From assembly GCA_000270325.1 (NCBI GenBank), contig BA000048.1, positions 515,709 to 579,708 on the forward strand: a stretch of DNA of 64,000 nucleotides. The letters run 5' to 3'. Below, one piece after another: positions 10,401-17,874 of the stretch (the stretch's first letter is position 1; each line of letters begins with the position of its first letter). Source of the stretch: Candidatus Caldarchaeum subterraneum. Its GTDB lineage: Archaea; Thermoproteota; Nitrososphaeria_A; Caldarchaeales; Caldarchaeaceae. The translations under genes and the position numbers were made by a program. The notes beneath the pieces were generated by a model. That model ran no database searches. It was not told the DNA's origin and saw nothing but the letters and a program-made list of their open reading frames with translations.

Positions 10401-12238
10401 GCTCCGCCTTTCCACTTGACCTGTATCTCGAAGCCGCCCCACCGCGGGTCATCGCTGAGCTGTCTTGTCTTCATGTAGGTGATTTCGGGAATGAGGGCGC
10501 TCCAGTTCATGCCCGCGTTTATCCATGGTCCCTGCCAGCTTCCGCCCCACGCCTGCTCAAAGTATCCGCCTGGTCTCCATGCTGGAGAGACGTCGTCTGC
10601 TGGGTTGAAGAAGTAGCTGGCGTTGAGGCTTCCTCTGAGGCCCCAGTTGGTTCCGTTGGGGAAACGGGCGAATTTGCTGTACTGGCCTAGGTATCCAGGC
10701 CACTTGTGCGGGTCGTTGGTGCAGCCGTCGCTGCCCGTGGTGTGTATGCTGTGGGCCAGGTAGTAGGGTACATCAGCTGATGTCTTGAAGTTGAGGGTGA
10801 CCTCTGCCCCGACCATCTTATCGCCTATCCATGGATGCTGGATGGCAAGGTCAGCGTCCTGCACACAGAACCGAGCATAAAACACCGTGTTATTCTCAAA
10901 GTTCGCTATCGATGGCCCAACGGTCTCAACATTCGCAGTAGTGTCAGTGCCCTCCCATGTTGGCAGCAAGGGCCTAGGTGGGTCTATATACACTGTCTCG
11001 TTAAGTACGAGGCTGAACGGCCCAGCGGGAACACCTGTGATGCCTCCCTGCGTAATCGTTGGGTTGACCGATGGGTTTGATGGATAGGCTCCGAACAGAG
11101 GCCTTATCTTGCCGGTGGCAGGGTCGGTAGCATACTCGGGAGCATTTGGACCACCTGTTTGGTTGTATTCGTTTCCTACGTAGAAGGTCTGGTTGACGAG
11201 TACGGTCTCCCACCAGACACGCTTGGTGGCGTTGAGATGCGGAGCCTCGATAAAACCGTTGTTATCTTCAGGGTCAGGAATACCTCCTTCGAATGGTTCT
11301 CTGGTGCCGAGGTTGATGCTCTGCAGCGGTATTGGGACGAGGCGGTTCTGTGCAAACTTGCCTGAACCCACACCAGCGGAGCGTGGATAGATTTCACGAG
11401 TGTATCTGCTCTGGCCATCATCTCCGGTTATAGCCGCCTGTATCAGTGATTGTGTGGAGCTGGCGTCTGTGTGGTCGGTGTCGTATATGAATATCGTCGC
11501 ATAAGTCAACACATCATTGGTGGCGTACCATGTGTGTTCGTGGAAGAGCTTGAAGATGTAGGCCGCGCGAGCCAACCAAGCCCTCTGAGGATCGTTGTGG
11601 TTAATCTGGAAAGTTATTGGACCGGATGCATAGTTTACGTTGTCCACGGGCCCTGACCCGAGAGGCGGAAAGATGTTCCAGTTAAATGGACCACCGTGGG
11701 TATCTTCTATGCCGTCATCGTTTATAGTGCTGTTGAAAGCTGAGAACCCGAACTTGCTTAGGAAGCTCGGTGTGGGGTTGACTGTTAGCCAGTAGACTAT
11801 GATTCCTCGGAATGGGTTGCCCTCGCCGATACACTCACCCTGATAGCTCTTCGCCTTCACAATAATGGTAACGTTCTCCCAGCCAGCAGGCCACGAAACC
11901 CTGATGAAACCAGTGCCGTTAGGACTGCCCGCTCTAATCGGACCCTCCCAACTATCCAAAGGCGCAGTACTTGCTCCACTTGGGTTCTTGAACTTATACA
12001 GCTCAACACAGACATTCGTCACATTATACCTATCAGCAAAGCCAACACCAGTCGGCTGCACAGGAGGAGCACCAGCTACATAAGGTGCACCATCCCACGA
12101 AGCCGTCACTATTTTGAGCCATGCGGTGTAGTTCGGCTGCGCAAACGCCGGCGTGACAATCGCTGCTCCAAGGAAAGCCGTCGGAAGCGCTAGCAGCAAA
12201 GCTAGCAAAACTGCCTGACTTTTTCCAATCATCAACAC
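4448..12238 (-). CDS. Giant (2596 aa) secreted, membrane-anchored surface protein; S-layer or adhesin candidate
   Basis: Uninterrupted 7.8 kb ORF; N-terminal signal peptide, dense N-x-S/T sequons, C-terminal repeats of the ...DGRPVAGA... type (carboxypeptidase-regulatory-like), C-terminal TM helix plus basic tail. Confidence 0.8.
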   Translation of the reverse strand: MLMIGKSQAVLLALLLALPTAFLGAAIVTPAFAQPNYTAWLKIVTASWDGAPYVAGAPPVQPTGVGFADRYNVTNVCVELYKFKNPSGASTAPLDSWEGPIRAGSPNGTGFIRVSWPAGWENVTIIVKAKSYQGECIGEGNPFRGIIVYWLTVNPTPSFLSKFGFSAFNSTINDDGIEDTHGGPFNWNIFPPLGSGPVDNVNYASGPITFQINHNDPQRAWLARAAYIFKLFHEHTWYATNDVLTYATIFIYDTDHTDASSTQSLIQAAITGDDGQSRYTREIYPRSAGVGSGKFAQNRLVPIPLQSINLGTREPFEGGIPDPEDNNGFIEAPHLNATKRVWWETVLVNQTFYVGNEYNQTGGPNAPEYATDPATGKIRPLFGAYPSNPSVNPTITQGGITGVPAGPFSLVLNETVYIDPPRPLLPTWEGTDTTANVETVGPSIANFENNTVFYARFCVQDADLAIQHPWIGDKMVGAEVTLNFKTSADVPYYLAHSIHTTGSDGCTNDPHKWPGYLGQYSKFARFPNGTNWGLRGSLNASYFFNPADDVSPAWRPGGYFEQAWGGSWQGPWINAGMNWSALIPEITYMKTRQLSDDPRWGGFEIQVKWKGGARNGYGGSAVLVDSVRVRNPYAIAATNTTTYNGWIVPNVVLGNNTVLIKIHNEVTVTLSRGPLGTPRPIRGPVTLMISSNTPIGMRLQNYNPLTGTFDIFVNYPPGVDLRVDIVENATHGGFIRTPFTFSGVIASIKYHDAATNQPIVGNISYALAGWQDIGPDGVIDSTSIRRFNVTTTGETGAAEVEIWPGPPGSQTIRTLVSSNNTDIQTLDPAFTYNDFVGGMLFSGQPQSGTFAILNATKRQVVILQSLAPHKAPDIALARAGLVYITANVHDLAYRLVDNLGNPAPAANTAITLQRGNGPPITKTGASLIPDFFPSTGSLQWSYDQHGEGWAVFYQLPEDLAYMVTVTFDGTPVGEATVDKLTHTIMEDLVLRIYKVKLVFVDCENSPLSREAFVKVVPPSPATPYVTQLDSTGALDFGYLAGGQYTIDGVWWKGVWVKFTDARIGDDTLPLNPDGSLTFTVDSNIDSPIKLTALINDFIFTTWDYNQDNRIPRLNITLTWVGVHPLTGSRLYFLETMDPTGDTNTDKFNTTLAFSQFFRYRIDHFFGGISRSNGLKTYGDVRYVFYKMPSALYNITVTTVTTGDPETQQTPGNSKWPGRTVPVDYEIKIDWTSHSSPPSIRKTPAGQVNDRVVLRVYMTWNGEFVTDPNLNPIGNATLYKTCGPVRIDLLTWAHTFKQRIVDGDFDYLNEARRIGNATYHIVNDNGVNMEMFIPEDGVFSSLFVSKWTEDTLLTTWLKADSQHSSNIWWNGTYRKQDLTFYSYVYPLEFTRGEQPWARFYDKAGLTGSGWLTTQKGPLTSPGGDVRPGDSFLIREFFNPAVNETANGKWPTHNFTVVGNEGLWNQQRWRWEQAVAAGAVEEISTPFKGKRYIEVPTRPTTLVFEKEVVTVPIPVGFITLNLKDEDLARPIPYAVVQLDVYYDDSGTVDRSSSVLYKTGRDGNLTLLYPTQEAMENILGTNVVNYTLTVYWYLNSSIVYKDAFNLTKRGYSVDKVAIADVTFVLAISANKDRPVKDLYARIWWLNVTDGNTVFPGRITVDHARRTWTYTAVPETRGAAKWTTGQLTLPWLPTSERFTKSDWDLVFDSSAGRWVYDDVTRSWDIPYPSYEDGRMIDGWPYNPVPTGYDRRHPHLTNQENSRIQYRISVWSDQLPIDPSSPKYNNGAWQRDHYELVWRIPAQFPDAWMLFGHPPFDITFYRGTTGTGQFQPIPGYALTRTWTATPTPGSKVVAIKLNATDVDIPVFWQVGDYELGSYDCGPLLGYIVKGRIVPPLGATFAPKPIDAVTTAGTITVGDKTVNICISGKPVGLVTVTSGDTPSTVIWGGSTLVIDEVSPPPSIWYNDGTGQAGADNPNRGTTSNYWRNWVSQAIDPLTGQPVNLHVGDQLQVPGVDLGIQYMGYGRPYEGVARTATVTVVSNDPDNRAHRPFIKMFEFQNVSARITDFNGRPLPGAFYQIIDAQTGKSAAWSYAGPDGRIVPMPIRKPGGVFIQRVLYLGQGANGEPTWPVNSFARWPIAYDSRDDETTQETQKPDIPLGFAYTAEAGPWPTGDGWFRADVCRHAGDGSYNYTAGVLEALASCPPAGWGRSFDVITRIFDLRIRFVYGDAQRPADPAYVFSAPSLALPDDFIIRGQGAIFEAKRLARSSYDIVALWPDANGEEVGRRTFDVSRTNVGTVEGTVVLALRDLSFNVVDRQGRPVAGARVSVSPNLVREQDIQLRPDSIFTILRVPDGRTYDFTVEWTSPYGTTARAAVRDTPAGLQSRGSIVIPVDDVTLTVVDFDGRPVAGAAIRFGGQQVGSTDSQGVVIIGQVPLDNEYQIEVSKDGTTIGGDRVRFTASRTSATIQAGIYDIAVIVKGAAGQPIQGAIVELVRGGTTIATAATDASGSAVFSKVVGADYSVRASYEQFSNSANVARGVRSATIVLDLYTILFGVPMTLATFLALIIGLILLVIVVVVIVSEYIRWRGRRLGIYPAAPPKK

Positions 12239-12255
12239 ACCCAGCCCAACAACCG

Positions 12256-12262
12256 CTATATA
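12256..12262 (-). promoter_or_regulatory. Putative TATA box (TTATATA) about 20-27 nt upstream of the giant gene's first two ATG codons
   Basis: Minus-strand read ggttatatagcgg...ATGCTGATG; spacing suggests a leaderless or short-leader transcript. Confidence 0.35.
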
Positions 12263-12289
12263 ACCCGTAACAGTCTAGAACCCCTCCAA

Positions 12290-12620
12290 AACTCTGGACA
12301 ACAACATCCAAAAAATACAAACAACAACACCCCCGTAATACCAAACCCTTAAAAACAAAACCCCAAAAACAGAAAAAACACCAAAAACCCCCAAAAAGCC
12401 AAAAAACAACACATTCTACAAAACTAGAACACACCAAAACACCCGCCAAAACAAACAACCAACGGCCAAACAACCCCACACAAAAAGGCCACGAAAATAT
12501 TTCCACAACCTGTTGTAAAACACCATAATCCTCTTCGCCAACCCTGCCCCTCATCTCTCCAAAGCCCACCTGAGCCACCGACCTCTCAACCCACTAAAGC
12601 CTATTCAACCACTTCTTCAA
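12290..12620. repeat. Low-complexity, strongly strand-asymmetric tract (A+C-rich, nearly G-free on + strand)
   Basis: Runs such as caaaaaatacaaacaacaacaccccc...aaaacaaaaccccaaaaacagaaaaaacaccaaaaacccccaaaaagccaaaaaac; the minus-strand ORF 12033..12578 over it is a compositional artefact. Confidence 0.6.
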
Positions 12621-13004
12621 GAAACATGAATACGTTCAGACATCTCCCGCCGTAAGACCACCTACAAAGCATAAAACTCTCCAACATCGACGTAGACCGT
12701 AGCCCCCCAATCAAGAGCTCCGTCTCAACAATGTCTCGGCTCTCGGACCACCGTGAACCTTCTTAACTAGCCTTACGGCCTACAAAGGGCTTCAAACAAA
12801 CAAAACCACGCTATCCGATTAGGTTAAGGCACTAGAGCTAAGCCTCTAAACATGACCTAGACATGCACGATGCAATACAATACTCTACAGCACTCTGCTT
12901 AGGCATAGACATAATCTCCTTCGTGTTGATTAACTAAAAAAGCCACTTATCATCTCGACATGAGTTCCTCTTTTTTGTAAGAGTGTTGGCTGGCTAACTC
13001 TGCA

Positions 13005-13457
13005 TCATAGCTCTCCCAATAGGGAAACATCCGTAACCACTTTTCCTTTTTGTCTAAGATCTTTATCGGCTGTGACGAGTTTTTCTCCTAATTTTCTTGA
13101 GAGCCAGAGATATGCTGAATCATATATCGTTAACCCCGATGTCACAGCTATTTCAAGCACTTCACTTGCTTCATTCCAGAGAACCGGGACCATATTTATC
13201 CCGAGAGCGCCTATCGATTTTAGAGCGCTGACTCCGTCCTCGAGAGTCAGCACGCTATTCTTTACTGCTTTTGATATTACGGATGCAAGCTCATAAATTA
13301 TTAGCGTGGGCGCATATGCTTTTACCCGGTCAAGGGCAATTGAATTCTTTAAGACTCTGGCCTCTTCCTCCCAAGGCTCGCCAGGTATAAACCATTTTAC
13401 TGCAACGCTCGCATCGATGACAAGTTTTATCTCTTTTCCCTCTCCTCCCTCAGCCAT
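13005..13457 (-). CDS. vapC: PIN-domain toxin (VapC-like)
   Basis: KLVIDASVAVKWF start with conserved Asp, PIN-like length, overlapping upstream antitoxin gene. Confidence 0.7.
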   Translation of the reverse strand: MAEGGEGKEIKLVIDASVAVKWFIPGEPWEEEARVLKNSIALDRVKAYAPTLIIYELASVISKAVKNSVLTLEDGVSALKSIGALGINMVPVLWNEASEVLEIAVTSGLTIYDSAYLWLSRKLGEKLVTADKDLRQKGKVVTDVSLLGEL

Positions 13458-13669
13458 CTAACAATCACCTCCGTCGGCACAACACCAGCCTTGCTTCTGA
13501 TCTCGTCTAGCTTCACAGCCGCCTCCTTTGCAAGCTCCTCCTTCACCTTCGCTTCTATGGCTCCCCGGATATACTCGCTCCAATCAACCTTCACTCGTCG
13601 CATTAATTGCCTAAGCTCTTCTGGAACCTTAACGGAAACATTGACAAGCTTACCCAGACAGCTCACCAA
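13427..13669 (-). CDS. vapB: Ribbon-helix-helix antitoxin (VapB/CopG-like)
   Basis: VNVSVKVPEELRQLMRRVKVDWSEYIRGAIEAKV is a typical RHH fold sequence; overlaps the PIN gene. Confidence 0.55.
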   Translation of the reverse strand: MVSCLGKLVNVSVKVPEELRQLMRRVKVDWSEYIRGAIEAKVKEELAKEAAVKLDEIRSKAGVVPTEVIVRWLREEREKR

Positions 13670-14442
13670 ATCGTAAAACCATTCGGTCTGACATATAAAC
13701 CTTAGACTCGAATCGATCTAAAGCCCTCTGAAGGCTCTAAGAGAGTCTAGAGAGCCTGTTATTATAGTTCTTGATTCTACTGGTGTTAGGCTGGTTCGTG
13801 GCTTGAGAGAAAATATGGTAAGAGGAGGTGCGTCAAGATACACGACGCGAAGACTGGGGAGACACTGGTGCTGAGATGTCTGGGATAAATATACTCCGAC
13901 CATTCCTTCTATGTCCTGAGGTAGCTAAGGTCGTGTTCCCTTATAGTTCTGACTCCCTGCTCCTGCCTAGTTACCCTTAGGTTCAAACCCTTCCAGCTAT
14001 CGTTAGAGAGCTCCAACTCAATGCCGCCAGCCCTAAACCCTATCTTGGACCAATCGCTGCTCCTCCTTAGCACCCTCAGTGTTGCCAAAAAGTCCTCCTA
14101 ATCCATACCTAGAAGCTCACACATCTCCCTGCAAACTCTTTCGATCTCCTCGACCGTAGTCATGAACCCAATCCCTTAACAGTATCCTCGTGGTCTCTCT
14201 CTTAAAATCTTTCAGGAGCATAGATCCAAAAACAATGCAATATTAAACGATGCCCAAACAATCTGGGTATACAACTTAGACGCTCGTTATATCCTCCCTA
14301 AGCCTTGTCAGCTCCTCGTCACATCGTCTAAACACTGGAAAAAGCGAGGCAACTCCTAGCAGATCATACAGCCAAAGGAATTAGGCCACAAGGCAAGTAT
14401 AGTTTAAAACTTATATATGCATGCACATGTATATGCGTAGGT

Positions 14443-14667
14443 ATGACAAAGGTTATTTCGCTCTCGGATGAAGCCTATGCAGCTCTTAAAAGAATAAAGA
14501 GGGAGGGGGAGTCCTTTTCTGATGTAGTATTACGCCTCGTGGGTCAGGCGAAGTATAGGCCCTTGTCAGAGTTTGCAGGTAGATGGGCTGGCGACGACAT
14601 AGACAAAGTGTTTGAAGAAATTCTGCGTGAAAGGGAAAGGGCCGAGTCGAGAGAGGTATCCATTTAG
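14443..14667 (+). CDS. vapB: Antitoxin (VapB-like) of a second VapBC pair
   Basis: 74-aa ORF MTKVISLSDEAYAALKRIKREGESFSDVVLRLV; its stop abuts the start of the following PIN gene. Confidence 0.55.
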   Translation: MTKVISLSDEAYAALKRIKREGESFSDVVLRLVGQAKYRPLSEFAGRWAGDDIDKVFEEILRERERAESREVSI

Positions 14668-15060
14668 ATGGTATGCCTAGATACTGACATAATCGTAGCC
14701 CTGCTCCGCGGGGATAATAAAGCCATAGAAACTATAGAGGAGCTGCAAAGAATGGGTATGCAATTTAAAACTACGATAATAACCGTCTATGAGCTTCTTA
14801 AAGGCGCAGCAATCTCAAGTAAATCATCTGAGAATATCAAGACAGTGAAAGAACTACTTCATAACGTAACCATACTGGGCTTAGACATAGACGCTTGCGG
14901 AAAAGCAGGCTTGATATACAGCGACTTGAGGCGGAGCGGAAAGATGATTAGCGAGTTCGACATATTAATAGCAGCCATAGTCCAACATAACAGAGAAACG
15001 CTAATAACCAGAGACAAACACTTCCAAGAAATCACAACAATCAACATAAGACAATGGTAA
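14668..15060 (+). CDS. vapC: PIN-domain toxin (VapC-like)
   Basis: MVCLDTDIIVALL... conserved Asp near N-terminus, 130 aa, AT-rich context. Confidence 0.7.
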   Translation: MVCLDTDIIVALLRGDNKAIETIEELQRMGMQFKTTIITVYELLKGAAISSKSSENIKTVKELLHNVTILGLDIDACGKAGLIYSDLRRSGKMISEFDILIAAIVQHNRETLITRDKHFQEITTINIRQW

Positions 15061-15408
15061 TCTAGAGATAATGAACGCAAGAGCAACCCTCATAGCAACT
15101 ATTTCAAAGGAAATGCTTTGTAGCTTAACTCTCCGTAATTTACCCTTGTCTCAGTCTCTTTTGATGGTGTTCTTTGGAGTAGTTTGCCCTCTGAGGTCCC
15201 CTATACAGACAAACTGGAGAAAACATCTAACCCATCCTCAACAACACTAAAGACACCGTCTCCTCTCAGAAACTGGAAATAACTCCATGAATTAAGCCAA
15301 AGGCACAGCCTGTTATGGTTTTATACACGGCTTGCCAAGTCGTGGAGTGGGATGATGATGAACGTCCATCTTGAGCCGATGATGGCCGATGGGCAGTCTG
15401 ACCACCTT

Positions 15409-16500
15409 CTACTCAACGGTGGGTATGTCGAGAAGCGTAACCTCGGGTGAGCCGTCGTCGGAGATGCTTGTGAAAACCCTGTCGCTGTGTATGAGTGAGA
15501 GGTAGCTGAAGGTTCGTGAAACAGAGGCCGGTGTTGACCTGTATCCCTCCTCGAGGAGCCGGTATGCGGCGGCGAGGCAGAGAACGTTCAGCTTAACTTT
15601 CCCAAGCGCTCTATGCAGAACACGGTAGGCATCCAGCAGAGCCCGTGACTCGGCCTGCTGCCCCCCAATCCTGAGACCGTGAAACAGCGGAACAAATGCT
15701 GTGAAGAAGGTCTGGTCAACTCTCTCCAAAGGCTTCTCAAACACATCCGACAGCTCGCGGACATTCTTCAGAAACCTCTGCGAAACACTGTAACGAGCCC
15801 GCTTCACCCTCTCGAGAAAACCAACATCCACCAGCCACTCCAGCCGCGGCGGAACAAAGTGCCTATACTTGGCGTAGAGACGGCTCTTAATCCACTCAGC
15901 CTGCGAAGCATACTTCAGCCGCTCCTCCCGAAAACCCGAGGCCTGCTCAAGCTCCCTCTGAACCGATGCACGCCTCCTCTCCGGCATCCTCCTCAACATC
16001 CTCCTAAGAGCCTCGGGATACACCTCCTCCATCACCGCATACATGGCCTCGAGACGGCTGAACTCACGCATCCCAGCCAACCACTTGAGCATCCCAGAGA
16101 AAATGTAGTCTCTGTTCAGCAAGGCGTGGAGAAAGAGCGTCTTCTCAACATCTGTCAACGTCAAAACCTCTGAGAGATTGGCCATCCCCTCACCTGAGAC
16201 ATGCCGCCGCAGAGCCTCCGAAGAATTGAGACAGATATACGCCGCGCCATAGAGGCCTGGCCTTCCCGAAGCCCTGTCATAGAACCCCAGCTGCGCAGCC
16301 AGCTTGACGTAGTTGCGTGCGTTAACCTCGGTCCTGAGCATGCCAGGCATCTCCCCAACATCGTTAACCAAACTCCTGCACGTCTCCAGCAACACCGAGG
16401 CCAAATAGTCAGGTGAACGTGGCGAACCATCCTCGAGGATGCAGGCGATAAGCTTCAGGTAACCTAGTCGACAGACGTCGCCGTGAACCTCCGCTATCAC
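15409..16500 (-). CDS. Hypothetical protein, 363 aa, immediately downstream of and overlapping a methyltransferase gene; candidate restriction/effector partner
   Basis: Long ORF, mostly helical by composition; 4-nt overlap (16497-16500) with the upstream methyltransferase; no recognisable nuclease or ATPase motif. Confidence 0.55.
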   Translation of the reverse strand: MIAEVHGDVCRLGYLKLIACILEDGSPRSPDYLASVLLETCRSLVNDVGEMPGMLRTEVNARNYVKLAAQLGFYDRASGRPGLYGAAYICLNSSEALRRHVSGEGMANLSEVLTLTDVEKTLFLHALLNRDYIFSGMLKWLAGMREFSRLEAMYAVMEEVYPEALRRMLRRMPERRRASVQRELEQASGFREERLKYASQAEWIKSRLYAKYRHFVPPRLEWLVDVGFLERVKRARYSVSQRFLKNVRELSDVFEKPLERVDQTFFTAFVPLFHGLRIGGQQAESRALLDAYRVLHRALGKVKLNVLCLAAAYRLLEEGYRSTPASVSRTFSYLSLIHSDRVFTSISDDGSPEVTLLDIPTVE

Positions 16501-17693
16501 GCTATCCTCACCATCCTCCGTGGCTCACCCTTCGACAAAACAAGAACCTTCTCCCTGTCAACCCCCTGCCAAGACTTGAGATACATCAGATACTTGTGCC
16601 CACGTCTTATGCCGTCGCTTATGATGGCGCGGGCTGTGAAACCGCTTTTCTCAGCAGGCTCGACCAAAAGCTCCGCCAAATCCACCCGACGACCACCCGA
16701 CTTGACATCACCCACAACCAGCACACAGTATCCCCCAGGCTTCAGCATTCTGAAAAACTCATCCAAAACCCTCCCCATAAACTCGACATAACGTTTAACA
16801 GACTGGGTGGCGAAAAGCCGTTTACCGACAACACGGTAATCATGCCCGAGAAACCAGAGCCTCAGCCAGTTATCCCAAGCATAAGTCTGCAGGTTGAGGT
16901 AAGGCGGCGAAGTTACTATGAGGTCGACAGACTCATCCGCTATAGGCAGCGCTGATGCATCCATGTTGAAGGCGGCGCCCCTCGCCTCAGGCAACCCATC
17001 AGCCAAAACAGACTCAGCCTTCCTCAGCAAACAAGCCAAAACATTTCTAACAGGCTTCTTCAACCCATGCTCCGCAACATACCTTCTCATGTAGCGCGGA
17101 GCCATCGAGAAAGAGTGGCTGCATGGAACGCTCAAACTAATCTCGGAAGAACCATGCAGGATACCGAGCATACAGGCCTTCACAAAGTTCGTCACATCGT
17201 CCTCGGAGTCCAGAAGCAGTTCTCTTACGGCCAGTATCTGTTTGAGGGTTTGGGGGTGGTAGAAAGCTCGGACATCTTCGTCGACGTCGTAGACCGAGAC
17301 TGCGTCAGGCCTCATCACTCTCGAAGCCTTCTCAACCCAGCTCCTAACATCTCTGAACATAGCCGGCTTCACCTTCGCACGGGTAACCACATAGGCCTCT
17401 GGAGCAAGGTCGTTTCCCACGCCGACGCGGCCAGTCAAACACGCCTCAAGCGGGGCCGTCCCCTTGCCCGAAAACGGGTCAAGCACAAGGTCGCCGCGCT
17501 CCGAAAACCTCGTTACAACCCAGCGAGCCAACGCCGGCGGAAAAGAGCCCGTCCTCGACATGATGCGGTGAAGCGAGTGACCCCAGCTCCTGCCAAAACC
17601 TTTCCACGAGTCGGAAACCTCGCCGCTGGAAATGTAAGCTATTTCCGTCATCAAAAAACTCGGACCAACCTGCTCCACGCTATAATCATTCAC
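16497..17693 (-). CDS. Amino-methyltransferase (N6-adenine/N4-cytosine DPPY family), motif I before motif IV
   Basis: FPPALARWVVTRFSERGDLVLDPFSGKGTAPLEA (motif X/I) followed about 185 aa later by VDLIVTSPPY (motif IV) and RMLKPGGYCVLVVGD. Confidence 0.7.
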   Translation of the reverse strand: MNDYSVEQVGPSFLMTEIAYISSGEVSDSWKGFGRSWGHSLHRIMSRTGSFPPALARWVVTRFSERGDLVLDPFSGKGTAPLEACLTGRVGVGNDLAPEAYVVTRAKVKPAMFRDVRSWVEKASRVMRPDAVSVYDVDEDVRAFYHPQTLKQILAVRELLLDSEDDVTNFVKACMLGILHGSSEISLSVPCSHSFSMAPRYMRRYVAEHGLKKPVRNVLACLLRKAESVLADGLPEARGAAFNMDASALPIADESVDLIVTSPPYLNLQTYAWDNWLRLWFLGHDYRVVGKRLFATQSVKRYVEFMGRVLDEFFRMLKPGGYCVLVVGDVKSGGRRVDLAELLVEPAEKSGFTARAIISDGIRRGHKYLMYLKSWQGVDREKVLVLSKGEPRRMVRIA

Positions 17694-17874
17694 CGGAAAC
17701 CCCGATGGCCAATTCCCCCGTTACTTCCCCGCCAAATACCAAGGTAATCGCTGGACAATATCACCAGCCAGAAACATGGGAAAACGTGTAGAAGATGAGG
17801 CGAGCCGAGGAAACTATCACTTCCTCAGAGTAAAATACATCCTCAGAGAAGTTTTCTAAGCCGGTGCGTGGTGT

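Noticed and set aside
4713-11656. Many 60-230 aa ORFs on both strands inside the giant surface-protein gene
   Set aside because: All lie within or antisense to the uninterrupted 7.8 kb ORF; they are typical GC-rich antisense artefacts with Pro/Arg/Ser-rich low-complexity translations.
12033-12578. 181-aa minus-strand ORF upstream of the giant gene
   Set aside because: It is open only because the region is nearly devoid of stop-forming triplets (G/T-rich low complexity); the translation is Cys/Gly/Phe/Trp-rich nonsense and overlaps the giant gene start.
12290-12620. Possible CRISPR array in the repetitive intergenic tract
   Set aside because: There are no regularly spaced identical repeats separated by unique spacers; the tract is compositional low complexity, not a repeat-spacer array. 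No CRISPR array was seen anywhere in the window.
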